This document shows positions 8,341 through 16,667 of a stretch of 32,000 nt of DNA, one piece after another. The stretch is from the NCBI GenBank assembly GCA_903858275.1, contig CAIOIC010000028.1, positions 13,706 through 45,705 on the forward strand. Direction: 5' to 3'. Below the pieces are notes generated by a model. The model saw nothing but the letters and a program-made list of their open reading frames with translations, did no database searches and had not been told where the DNA came from. How positions within the stretch are numbered: position 1 is the stretch's first letter; every line of letters begins with the position of its first letter. This DNA is from an uncultured Verrucomicrobia subdivision 3 bacterium. Lineage in GTDB: Bacteria; Verrucomicrobiota; Verrucomicrobiia; Limisphaerales; UBA11358. The translations under genes and the position numbers were made by a program.

Positions 8341-9162
8341 TTAAATCTTTCCGTAGAGCTCCACAAAATTCTTGATGAGCGCCGCTCCGGATTTTTTCAC
8401 GCGTTCCGCCGTTGCCAGAACTTCCGCGTGCGACAATTTTTCCTTGCCGATGCCCGCCGCCAAATTTGTGATGCACGAGACCGCCGCCACGCGCAGGCCG
8501 CATTGCCGCGCCACAATCACCTCCGGCACCGTGCTCATGCCGACCGTGTCGGCACCGAGGGTGGCGAACGCGCGGATCTCCGCCGGTGTCTCATAACTCG
8601 GCCCGCTCACTGCAAGATAGATACCTCGGCGCAGTTTTTGTTTGGAAATTTTTCCAGCCTTGAACAAGAGTGCCCGCAGATTCTTGTCGTAAGCTTCTGT
8701 CAGATCAACGAAGCGCAGCAAACCCGAAATCGCCGCGCCGCGCAGTGGATTTGCGCTCATGAAATTGATGTGGTCGGTCAGCACCATGAAATCGCCGGCG
8801 AGGAATTTTTTATTGATGCCGCCCGTCGCATTTGTCAGCAACAGATCCGTGATGCCAAATGCCGCCAGTGTCCGCACCGCGAACGTAACGCGATCCATCG
8901 GGTGGCCTTCGTAATAATGGGCGCGGCCGCTCAAGACCAGCACCGGCGTCCCTCCCAGATGGCCGAAATACAATTCACCCGCATGACCGCTCACGGTTGG
9001 CTTGGGGAAGCCGGGGATTTGGGCATAGGAAATCTTCTTCGCCACGCGCAGTTCGGTAAGGATGTGATGAAATCCGCTGCCAAGCACGATGGCGAGCTTC
9101 GGTCGCAGCCCGGATTTTTTTTGGAGCCAATTTGCCGCAGCTTGTGGATTGACTGGATTCAT
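8341..9162 (-). CDS. punA: Purine nucleoside phosphorylase (PunA/PNP family)
   Basis: 273 aa. LGSGF, VSGHAGELYFGHLGGTPVLVLSGRAHYYEG, TNATGGIN, DHINF..NPLRG, SGPSYETPAEIR, GADTVGMSTVPE are hallmark trimeric PNP motifs. The 343-aa plus-strand ORF over it is an antisense shadow. Confidence 0.85.
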   Translation of the reverse strand: MNPVNPQAAANWLQKKSGLRPKLAIVLGSGFHHILTELRVAKKISYAQIPGFPKPTVSGHAGELYFGHLGGTPVLVLSGRAHYYEGHPMDRVTFAVRTLAAFGITDLLLTNATGGINKKFLAGDFMVLTDHINFMSANPLRGAAISGLLRFVDLTEAYDKNLRALLFKAGKISKQKLRRGIYLAVSGPSYETPAEIRAFATLGADTVGMSTVPEVIVARQCGLRVAAVSCITNLAAGIGKEKLSHAEVLATAERVKKSGAALIKNFVELYGKI

Positions 9163-9267
9163 CCTTCGCCAGCTTAATCCTTATCCACCGCCAGCCAAGC
9201 TCCAACCGCGCGCCTTTGAAAAATGCCGCAGCTTCGTAAATCAATTCGTCTAAACAAGCCGCGTTTA

Positions 9268-9296
9268 TTGACAATAAAAACTTCTTCATATAAGGT
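9268..9296 (+). promoter_or_regulatory. Candidate sigma70-like promoter for the PAS gene
   Basis: TTGACA at 9268-9273. TATAAG at 9289-9294 has a short 15-nt spacer; TAAGGT at 9291-9296 has a 17-nt spacer. About 30 nt upstream of ATG 9325. Sequence match only. Confidence 0.3.
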
Positions 9297-9324
9297 CGTC
9301 GCCGTAGGAAAAGCTAGGTTGATT

Positions 9325-9777
9325 ATGAACTTCATGGAAACGGGCAACTTCCAAACGAACCGCTGGCGGGTCATTTTTGACGCGCTGCCATTGCCTGCTT
9401 TCATTGTGGATGAGGATATACGGATTCTGGATTTCAACCCCGCAGCCGAGAAATTGCTGGGTTTTGCGCCTAAGTCCGCGCTGCGTCGCCGTGGTGGCGA
9501 GGTGTTTAATTGTATCCAAGCCGGCAAGGCCGGTTGCGGAAAATCCAAGCCGTGCAAGAACTGCGTTATTCGCAACAGCGTGGCTGATGCGATCAAAGGT
9601 TTGAACACCCGTCGGAAATTTTGCCAGCCCGAACTGCGCGATAGCCGGGGCGTGGTGCCCGTCAGCCTGTTTGTCACGGCGAGTCTGTTGCCGGAAACCG
9701 ACCCGCCGCAAGCGCTGCTCGTGCTTGAAGATGTGGCGGAAACTGTGCGGATCTACAATAGTCACCGTAGCGCGTAA
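9325..9777 (+). CDS. Small stand-alone PAS-domain protein carrying a C-x7-C-x5-C-x2-C cysteine cluster
   Basis: ORF track gives 9223..9777. I prefer ATG 9325 (MNFMETGNFQTNRWRVIFDALPLPAFIVDEDIRILDFNPAAEKLLG = PAS N-cap/core). The cluster is FNCIQAGKAGCGKSKPCKNCVIRN, encoded at 9511-9564. Confidence 0.65.
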   Translation: MNFMETGNFQTNRWRVIFDALPLPAFIVDEDIRILDFNPAAEKLLGFAPKSALRRRGGEVFNCIQAGKAGCGKSKPCKNCVIRNSVADAIKGLNTRRKFCQPELRDSRGVVPVSLFVTASLLPETDPPQALLVLEDVAETVRIYNSHRSA

Positions 9778-9793
9778 AACGTCGGTGATTTTT

Positions 9794-10969
9794 CTACTGT
9801 TTCTTTGCTAGCGATTGGACGTGCCGATCAATGCGCGTGGCTGCTTCGATGAGTTGTTCGTAGCTCGTCGCGAAGCAGGCGCGGCAAAAACCTTTGCCGT
9901 TTTCGCCGAAGGCGGAGCCGGGAACAATCGCCACTTTCTCCGCCTGCAACAGGCCGATGGCAAAATCCTTTTCGTTCATGCCGGTCTTGCTGATATCCGG
10001 GAACGCATAGAACGAGCCGCGCGGCAGATGGCATTTCAAACCGATTTCATTGAACCGGCGCACGATGAAGTCGCGCCGGCGATGATACTGGTCGCGCATC
10101 TTCTTCATCGCGTCCTCGCCGCGCACGAGCGCTTCGATGGCGGCTTCCTGCGCGATGATGGACGCGCAGAGCATCGAGTATTGATGCACTTTCATCATCG
10201 CCTCGATGAGCGTCGCCGGGCCGCAGGCGTAGCCGATGCGCCAACCGGTCATCGAGAACGCCTTGGAAAATCCGTGCAGGAAAATCGTGCGTTCCTTCAT
10301 GCCGGGCAGACTCGCGATGCTCGTATGAACGCCCTCAAACGTCAGCTCGGAATAAATCTCGTCGCTCAACACGATGAGGTCTTTTTCCACCGCGAACTTC
10401 GCGATGGCTTCGACCTGCGCGCGGTCGCACGTGCCGCCGGTGGGATTGCACGGCAGGTTGAGCATCAAAATTTTGCAGCCCGGCTGCCACGCGGCGCGGA
10501 GCGCGTCCACGGTGAGCGCGAAGCCGTCCTTCGCGAACGTCGGCACGGGCACGGGAATGCCGTGCGCGAGCGTGATGCTCGGCGAATAGCTGACGTAGCA
10601 TGGCTGGTGATACATCACCTTGTCGCCGGGATTGATGAGCGCGCGGCAGGCGAGGTCGAGGCCTTCGCTGACGCCGACGGTGATGATGACTTCGTTTTCC
10701 GGCGCGTAGCTGACGTTGAAATTCTGCTCGACGTATTTGTTGATGGCGCGGCGCAGTTCGATGAGGCCGAGGTTGGACGTGTAATGCGTCTTGCCCTTTT
10801 CGAGCGCGTAGATGCCGGCCTCGCGGATGTGCCAGGGCGTGTCGAAATCCGGTTCGCCGACGCCGAGCGAGATGGCGTCCTTCATCTTGGCGACGATGTC
10901 AAAAAAATCGCGGATGCCCGACTTGGGCAGGTTGACGACGTGCTTGGCGATGAAACGTGACTGGTCCAT
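9794..10969 (-). CDS. Class I/II PLP-dependent aminotransferase (aspartate/aromatic aminotransferase-like)
   Basis: 391 aa. LGVGEPDF, NPCNPTG and SKAFSMTGWRIGY (PLP-lysine motif). The 381-aa plus-strand ORF is an antisense shadow. Confidence 0.9.
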   Translation of the reverse strand: MDQSRFIAKHVVNLPKSGIRDFFDIVAKMKDAISLGVGEPDFDTPWHIREAGIYALEKGKTHYTSNLGLIELRRAINKYVEQNFNVSYAPENEVIITVGVSEGLDLACRALINPGDKVMYHQPCYVSYSPSITLAHGIPVPVPTFAKDGFALTVDALRAAWQPGCKILMLNLPCNPTGGTCDRAQVEAIAKFAVEKDLIVLSDEIYSELTFEGVHTSIASLPGMKERTIFLHGFSKAFSMTGWRIGYACGPATLIEAMMKVHQYSMLCASIIAQEAAIEALVRGEDAMKKMRDQYHRRRDFIVRRFNEIGLKCHLPRGSFYAFPDISKTGMNEKDFAIGLLQAEKVAIVPGSAFGENGKGFCRACFATSYEQLIEAATRIDRHVQSLAKKQ

Positions 10970-10985
10970 GAAAAATTTCTTAAAA

Positions 10986-11432
10986 TTATTTTTGTGGCGG
11001 ATGAATGCTGCCTGTCATTCGTTGCCACTCGGCAGAACGATCGTAAAACCGCGCCATCTCGCCATTCAATAAATCTGAACAAAATTCTTTTACTCGGCGC
11101 GCAGCAGTCCGAATCTGGTGCAATTGATCTGGCTCTCCAGCCAAATGCTCTGCTTGGATTTTGCGGTGTTCTTTTGGGACAAATAAAACTAACGGCACTT
11201 TGACTCCGGCAGCGTCCTCAAAATAAACGTCAGCGCCATATCCCCAGTTTATTCCTTCGCTCACAACAACGATTTTTCCGTTTGTGAAACGCACTTGAAA
11301 TTCGTTGATGAATTCCCGCTTAGGCAAACCTGCGGACTCGAAGTTAAATTCTTTCAGAAAAGCAAACGACTCACGGCATTGAGCAACGAATTGCTCAAAC
11401 GTGGGTCGTGGTTTTTCTTCTTTTGTTTTCAC
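10986..11432 (-). CDS. Hypothetical protein, 148 aa, no family recognised
   Basis: Open frame with a GTG start overlapping the TGA stop of the upstream Lrp gene (GTGA, 11432-11429). By eye it is more AT-rich than both neighbours. No signal peptide or TM segment. Confidence 0.6.
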   Translation of the reverse strand: MKTKEEKPRPTFEQFVAQCRESFAFLKEFNFESAGLPKREFINEFQVRFTNGKIVVVSEGINWGYGADVYFEDAAGVKVPLVLFVPKEHRKIQAEHLAGEPDQLHQIRTAARRVKEFCSDLLNGEMARFYDRSAEWQRMTGSIHPPQK

Positions 11433-11911
11433 GGAGCGACCTTGAGCCGTTCCGTTTCCTCGACTTTGCCGCCGAGCAGGAAGCCGTGTTCCTTGTAGGA
11501 ACGCAGCATGAAATGCGTGGCCGTGGAGAGCACGCCCTCGATGGTGGAGAGTTTTTCCGAGACGAACGCCGCGACCTTTTGCAGGCTCGCGCCGTTGACG
11601 AACACCAGCAGGTCGTAGCCGCCGGACATGAGGTAGCAGGATTCCACCTCGTCGAACTTGCTGATGCGCTCGGCCAGCCGGTTGAAACCGCCCCCGCGCT
11701 CGGGCGTGATGCGCACTTCGATGACGGCGCGGACCACGCCGGACTCTTCATCGGCGAGGTTCAATACCGGGCGGAGGCCCAGCAGCACGCCGTCTTTTTT
11801 TAGCGTGTTGAGCTGGCGGTTGACTTCGGCTTCGGACAGGTTGAGCACCTGCGCCATCTGCGCGGTGTTCAGACTGCCGCCTTCGAGCAAAAGTTTGATA
11901 ATCGGCTTCAT
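11429..11911 (-). CDS. Lrp/AsnC-family transcriptional regulator
   Basis: 160 aa. HTH LNTAQMAQVLNLSEAEVNRQLNTLKKDGVL plus a RAM/AsnC_trans_reg C-terminal domain (RAVIEVRITPERGGGFNRLAERISKFDEVESCYLMSGGYDLLVFV). Confidence 0.9.
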   Translation of the reverse strand: MKPIIKLLLEGGSLNTAQMAQVLNLSEAEVNRQLNTLKKDGVLLGLRPVLNLADEESGVVRAVIEVRITPERGGGFNRLAERISKFDEVESCYLMSGGYDLLVFVNGASLQKVAAFVSEKLSTIEGVLSTATHFMLRSYKEHGFLLGGKVEETERLKVAP

Positions 11912-12053
11912 CGGGGAGCCAGTTTCGCAGAAATCTGCCGCAAATCCACACCAAAACTCGTTACTCCATCGCCGTGGCCGTGGCCGTGGCGGGCGAATGT
12001 TTCGGGTGTATCTGTGGTTTGATTCCGTTTGCTTAACTTGATAATCTTCCGGC

Positions 12054-13181
12054 GTGATTTACGACGCATCACTTGACGAATTGCTGCCAAAAGTCTGGAG
12101 CGGCCAGCGCATTGACCGCGCCGAGGCCATGCGGCTTTACGCGTTGCCGCTGGAAGAGCTTGGCGCGCTCGCCGACCGCCGCCGCCAGCTCGCAAAGGCC
12201 AGGGCCTACAACGGTCGCGGCAACGAAATCGTCACCTACAACGTGGACCGGAACGTGAATTACACGAATGTTTGCAATGTCTATTGCAAGTTCTGCGCTT
12301 TTTATCGCACGGAGAAGGACGACGATTCCTACGTCATTACGCTGGCCGAGATGGATCAGAAGATTGAGGAGACTCTCGCGCTCGGCGGCACGCAAATTTT
12401 GCTGCAGGGCGGCCATCATCCGAAGCTGACCAAGCAGTGGTATCTGGATTTGCTTTCACACATCAAGGCGAAGTTTCCGCAGGTGAACATCCACGGGTTC
12501 AGCCCCAGCGAGTTTGTGCATTTCCGCGACGTGTTCAACGAGCCGCTGGAGAAAACCATTTCCGACTTCAAAGCGGCCGGTCTCGGGTCGATTCCCGGCG
12601 GCGGCGGGGAAATCCTAGTGGACTCCGTGCGCCAGCGCGTCGCGCCGTTGAAAGCGATGAGCAACGACTGGCTCGAAGTCATGGATATCGGTCACCGCCT
12701 CGGGCTTTATTCGTCGGCCACGATGATGTTCGGTCATGTGGAGACAATTGACGATCGTATCGAGCATCTTGACCGGTTGCGGCAGCAGCAGGACAAGTCG
12801 TTAAAACGGAAAGCGGAAAGCGGGAATGCGGCCATGGGGCACTTCACCGCCTTCATCGCGTGGACATTCCAGGCCGAGCACACGAAGCTGAAAGCGCCGA
12901 CGGTCGGGGCGCATGAATATTTGAAGACGCAGGCGTTGGGCCGGATTTACCTCGATAACTTTGAGAACATTCAAAGTTCGTGGGTCACCCAAGGCTTGGA
13001 GATTGGCCAGATTGCGTTGAAATATGGCGCGAACGACCTCGGCAGCATCATGATTGAGGAAAACGTCGTCTCGCAGGCGGGCACCACCTTCCACATGACC
13101 GTGCCGGGAATGCACCGGCTCATCCAAGATCTCGGCTACGAACCGCATCAGCGCGACAACTGGTATCAGTTAGTGAATTGA
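12054..13181 (+). CDS. mqnC: Radical SAM menaquinone (futalosine pathway) enzyme, MqnC-like (MqnE not excluded)
   Basis: 375 aa, GTG start. TYNVDRNVNYTNVCNVYCKFCAFYR (CxxxCxxC cluster), GGTQILLQGGHHP, SIPGGGGEIL, TMMFGHVE, FTAFIAWTFQ. This pattern is as I recall for the MqnC/MqnE/CofH clade, closest to MqnC. Confidence 0.7.
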   Translation: MIYDASLDELLPKVWSGQRIDRAEAMRLYALPLEELGALADRRRQLAKARAYNGRGNEIVTYNVDRNVNYTNVCNVYCKFCAFYRTEKDDDSYVITLAEMDQKIEETLALGGTQILLQGGHHPKLTKQWYLDLLSHIKAKFPQVNIHGFSPSEFVHFRDVFNEPLEKTISDFKAAGLGSIPGGGGEILVDSVRQRVAPLKAMSNDWLEVMDIGHRLGLYSSATMMFGHVETIDDRIEHLDRLRQQQDKSLKRKAESGNAAMGHFTAFIAWTFQAEHTKLKAPTVGAHEYLKTQALGRIYLDNFENIQSSWVTQGLEIGQIALKYGANDLGSIMIEENVVSQAGTTFHMTVPGMHRLIQDLGYEPHQRDNWYQLVN

Positions 13182-13242
13182 AATTCAGCCCAAGCCCAAA
13201 GGATTTACTTGGCTGGTGCAAAAAATTTGGCAAAATCTCCCA

Positions 13243-14229
13243 ATGACCAAAGTCATGCTTTTAGGTTTGGGTCGCTGGGGCGCGAACCATCTCCGTAATC
13301 TGAACAATCTGCCGATTGAGCTTTACGTTGCCGAAGTCGGCGACAAACAGCTCGAACCCGCGCGCAAGATCGGCATTCCCGCCGAGCGCCTCACGACTAA
13401 CTATAAAGATTTCATCAACAAGATTGACGGTGTGGTCGTTGTCACGCCCGCGCAATCGCACTTTCCGCTCTGCAAAGAAATTCTTGAAGCCGGCAAAGAT
13501 GTATTTGTGGAAAAGCCGCTGACACTTGCGAACGATGAATCAAAACAGCTCGCGGAAATCGCCGATAAGCACAAACATATCCTACAGGTCGGACACATCC
13601 TGCGCTTTGATCCCGCCACGCTCTGGCTGCGCGATGCTGTGCAGAACGGCGAGTTTGGAAAGGTAAACATGATTCGCGGCCATTTCGGCGGCTTCAAGCG
13701 CCCGCGCAACGACAGCGGCGTGATGTTCGCCGACGGCATTCATTTTGCCGACCTGTTCAACTTCATCCTTGGCGCGCAACCCAAGACGGTGCAGGCCATC
13801 AATCATGATTTTATGGGCCGCGGGGTGGAGGACGTTTCACTGGTTTCACTGGAATACGACACTCCGCACGGCAAGACCTGGGCCACGGTGGAGGCGGAGT
13901 ATTTCATTCCCGGAAAATTCCGAGAAGTCATTGTCTGCGGCGACAAGCTGAGTGCCGTGTGCGATTACAACGTCGCGCAATACAAGATCAAGACCTATGC
14001 GAACATCCACACGCCCGCTGGCGGCATGGATTTCAAAGCCACCGAAGGTGTCGTGACGCAGATTGAAACGCCGCCCGAAGAACCCTTGCTGGCGGAGCTG
14101 CGCGCGTTCATCGATTCGATCAAAACCCGCGCCACGCCGCGCGCCGACGCCTGGTCCGGTTATCACGCCGTCCGCGTGATGAATGCCGCGCTGGAATCCG
14201 TTAAGACAGGCAAGGCAGTAACCCTTTAA
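13243..14229 (+). CDS. Gfo/Idh/MocA-family NAD(P)-dependent oxidoreductase (WbpB/GnnA-like sugar 3-dehydrogenase candidate)
   Basis: ORF track gives 13216..14229. ATG 13243 gives MTKVMLLGLGRWGANHLRNL (Rossmann GxGxxG), followed by VFVEKPL (EKP motif). Confidence 0.85.
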   Translation: MTKVMLLGLGRWGANHLRNLNNLPIELYVAEVGDKQLEPARKIGIPAERLTTNYKDFINKIDGVVVVTPAQSHFPLCKEILEAGKDVFVEKPLTLANDESKQLAEIADKHKHILQVGHILRFDPATLWLRDAVQNGEFGKVNMIRGHFGGFKRPRNDSGVMFADGIHFADLFNFILGAQPKTVQAINHDFMGRGVEDVSLVSLEYDTPHGKTWATVEAEYFIPGKFREVIVCGDKLSAVCDYNVAQYKIKTYANIHTPAGGMDFKATEGVVTQIETPPEEPLLAELRAFIDSIKTRATPRADAWSGYHAVRVMNAALESVKTGKAVTL

Positions 14230-14235
14230 TTTTTT

Positions 14236-15324
14236 ATGAGCAAAATCCCGTTATCGAAATGTTACGTGAACGCCGAAGTCGAGGAAGCCGCGCTGCGCGC
14301 CATCCGCTCCGGCCAATACATCCTCGGCAAAGAATCCACCGCGTTTGAAGCCGAACTCGCCGCGCACACCGGCACCACGCAATGCGTCCTCGGCAGCTCG
14401 TGGACGATGATCGTGTATTGCCTGCACCAGTTGCAGGGCATCGGGCCGGGCGACGAAATCATCGTGCCCAGCCACACCGCGTTTCCGACGATGGAGCCGC
14501 TGATTCACCTTGGCGCGAAGCCGGTGTTCGCCGACATCGACGACACGTTCGTCATGGATCTGGCGCACGTCGAATCGCTCATCACGCCGCGCACGGTCGG
14601 CATCATCGGCGTGCATCTCTACGGCCATCCGATTGACAACGACAAGCTGCTCGCCATCGCCAAAAAACACAACTTGTGGGTTATTGAGGATTGTGCGCAG
14701 GCGCAGGGTGCAAAATACAAAGGCAAAACCGTCGGTAGCATGGGCGACTTCGGCGCGTTCAGTTTTTTCCCGTCGAAGAACCTCACCGTCCTCGGCGACG
14801 GCGGCTGCATCACGACAAACAAAGTGGATTACGTCGAGCGCCTGAAAATGCTCCGCAATCACGGTCGTCAGGGCAAATATGATCACGAATTCACCGGCTA
14901 CAATGTCCGCTTCAACGAAATCAACGCCGCCATCGGCCGTGTGATGTTGAAGCACCTCGACGGTTTCAACGAAAACCGCCGCAAGATTGCCGCGCGCTAC
15001 GGCGAGCGCCTCAAAGGCATCGTGCAGACGCCGATCGTGAAAGAATGGGCCACGCCGGTGTATCACATGTATGTCACCCGCTGCGAGCGCCGCGACGATC
15101 TGCAAAAGTTCCTTAAGGAAAAGAATATTGAAACCGGCGTGCATTATCCGAAGCCGAATCACCTGCAACCAGCAGTCGTCGGCCTGTTCCCCTACATCCC
15201 GAAGCTGCCGAGCACCGAAAAAGCGGTGAAGGAAATCCTGTCGCTGCCGATCCACGGCGAGATGGGGCTCGATGCGGCGGACAAAGTCTGTGACGCCATC
15301 GCGGAATTCTACGGGAAAAAGTAA
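14236..15324 (+). CDS. DegT/DnrJ/EryC1/StrS-family PLP-dependent sugar aminotransferase (WbpE/GnnB-like candidate)
   Basis: 362 aa, starting 6 nt after the oxidoreductase stop. FSFFPSKNLTVLGDGG (catalytic Lys), NHGRQGKY, GYNVRFNEINAAIG. The 334-aa minus-strand ORF is a shadow. Confidence 0.9.
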   Translation: MSKIPLSKCYVNAEVEEAALRAIRSGQYILGKESTAFEAELAAHTGTTQCVLGSSWTMIVYCLHQLQGIGPGDEIIVPSHTAFPTMEPLIHLGAKPVFADIDDTFVMDLAHVESLITPRTVGIIGVHLYGHPIDNDKLLAIAKKHNLWVIEDCAQAQGAKYKGKTVGSMGDFGAFSFFPSKNLTVLGDGGCITTNKVDYVERLKMLRNHGRQGKYDHEFTGYNVRFNEINAAIGRVMLKHLDGFNENRRKIAARYGERLKGIVQTPIVKEWATPVYHMYVTRCERRDDLQKFLKEKNIETGVHYPKPNHLQPAVVGLFPYIPKLPSTEKAVKEILSLPIHGEMGLDAADKVCDAIAEFYGKK

Positions 15325-15352
15325 ACGGCAGGCTGCTGCTGGCCAATTGTCA

Positions 15353-15389
15353 AACCCTCGCTTGGAAACAAGTGAGGGTTTTTGTTTTG
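15353..15389 (+). terminator. Intrinsic terminator after the mqnC-oxidoreductase-aminotransferase operon
   Basis: Stem aaccctcgcttg (15353-15364) / caagtgagggtt (15369-15380) with one G-T wobble, GAAA tetraloop, then TTTGTTTT. Confidence 0.7.
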
Positions 15390-15449
15390 GCTGTGGCTGA
15401 TGGCGCGGCTTGATTTATCATTTTTCTGCTCTACTTTAATCGACTCATT

Positions 15450-16595
15450 ATGGAACTGAACAATGAAGAGATTCGCCGGTATTCGCGGCATTTGATTCTG
15501 CCCGAAGTCGGTCTGGCCGGGCAAAAGAAAATCAAAGCCACGAGCGTTCTGTGCATCGGCGCGGGTGGTCTTGGCTCGCCCATCGCGATGTATCTCGCCG
15601 CCGCCGGCATCGGCAAGATCGGCATTGTGGATTTCGATACGGTGGACTATTCCAATCTGCAACGGCAGATTCTCCACACGGATGCGGATGTGGGCCGTTC
15701 CAAGGCTGAATCGGCCAAGGAAACCATTCGCGGCATCAATCCCCATTGCGAAGTTGTCATTCACAACACGCGGATTTCATCCGAAAACGCGCTCGACCTC
15801 ATCCGCCCTTACGACATCGTTGTGGATGGCACGGATAATTTTCCGACTCGCTATCTGACCAACGACGCCTGTGTGCTGCTCAAGAAGCCGAATGTCTACG
15901 GTTCGATCTTCCGTTTCGAAGGCCAGGCCAGCGTGTTCGCGCCGCACCTGGGCGGACCTTGCTATCGCTGTCTTTATCCCGAACCGCCGCCGCCGGGAAT
16001 GGTTCCCAGTTGCGCCGAAGGTGGCGTGCTTGGCGTGTTGCCCGGCATCATCGGCTGCATCCAGGCCACGGAAATTCTCAAGCTGGCCATTGGCAAGGGC
16101 ACGCCGCTCACCGGCCGGTTGCTGCTGTTCAATGCGCTGGATTTGAAATTTCGCGAATTAAAATTGCGCAAAGACCCAGCGTGCCCGATTTGCGGCGAGC
16201 ATCCGACGATCAAGGAATTGATTGATTACGAAACATTCTGCGGCATTGTTCCCGAACCGGAGAACGCCGGCAATCCCGATGAAGTGACCGTGCAGGACAT
16301 GAAAAAGGCGCTCGATAATCCGGGGCTCAACATCAAGGTTGTAGACGTGCGCGAAGCTGACGAATATGAGATCGCGAAAGTAGCGGGTGTGCCGCTGCTG
16401 CCGCTGAGCCAGTTGCCGGAGCGCTTCACGGAACTTGACCCGAACCAGCAATATTATCTGCACTGCAAGGCCGGCGTGCGCTCGATGAAGGCGTTGAATT
16501 TTCTGCGCCAGCAGGGTTTCAAATACGTCAAGAGCGTCAAAGGCGGCATCACCGCTTGGTCCGACGAGATTGACCGCAACGTGCCGCGTTATTGA
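15450..16595 (+). CDS. moeB: MoeB/ThiF-type adenylyltransferase fused to a C-terminal rhodanese domain (MoeZ/MoeBR type)
   Basis: 381 aa. RYSRHLILPEVGLAGQKKI, IGAGGLGSP, DFDTVDYSNLQRQILH, zinc CxxC pairs (CYRC, CPIC), and a rhodanese loop HCKAGVRS. Confidence 0.9.
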   Translation: MELNNEEIRRYSRHLILPEVGLAGQKKIKATSVLCIGAGGLGSPIAMYLAAAGIGKIGIVDFDTVDYSNLQRQILHTDADVGRSKAESAKETIRGINPHCEVVIHNTRISSENALDLIRPYDIVVDGTDNFPTRYLTNDACVLLKKPNVYGSIFRFEGQASVFAPHLGGPCYRCLYPEPPPPGMVPSCAEGGVLGVLPGIIGCIQATEILKLAIGKGTPLTGRLLLFNALDLKFRELKLRKDPACPICGEHPTIKELIDYETFCGIVPEPENAGNPDEVTVQDMKKALDNPGLNIKVVDVREADEYEIAKVAGVPLLPLSQLPERFTELDPNQQYYLHCKAGVRSMKALNFLRQQGFKYVKSVKGGITAWSDEIDRNVPRY

Positions 16596-16605
16596 TTGAA
16601 AGTGA

Positions 16606-16636
16606 AACGCCGCGAATCAATCTGCTTCGCGGCGTT
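16606..16636. terminator. Bidirectional intrinsic terminator between convergent moeB and the isomerase gene
   Basis: Perfect 11-bp stem aacgccgcgaa (16606-16616) / ttcgcggcgtt (16626-16636), 9-nt loop, T-rich tail (ttcggtttattc). Confidence 0.65.
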
Positions 16637-16667
16637 TTCGGTTTATTCGGGTGAAGAAAATCTGGTA

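Noticed and set aside
8146-9177. 343-aa plus-strand ORF
   Set aside because: It is antisense to the well-supported punA gene, has an Arg/His/Gln-rich low-information sequence, and begins inside the cdd pseudogene region.
9815-10960. 381-aa plus-strand ORF
   Set aside because: It is an almost full-length antisense shadow of the aminotransferase gene, Arg/Ala/Asp-rich with no recognisable domain.
11971-11992. (GCCGTG)x3 hexanucleotide repeat in the Lrp/mqnC divergent intergenic region
   Set aside because: It is very short and GC-rich and has no partner repeat. It is compatible with chance or a minor slippage tract, and I cannot tie it to an Lrp box.
14251-15255. 334-aa minus-strand ORF
   Set aside because: It is an antisense shadow of the DegT aminotransferase, which carries the clear PLP-Lys motif on the plus strand.
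15390-15449. Possible Moco riboswitch upstream of moeB
   Set aside because: Only about 60 nt lie between the upstream terminator and the start codon. That is too short for the roughly 130-nt Moco RNA motif, and none of its conserved pairing is visible.
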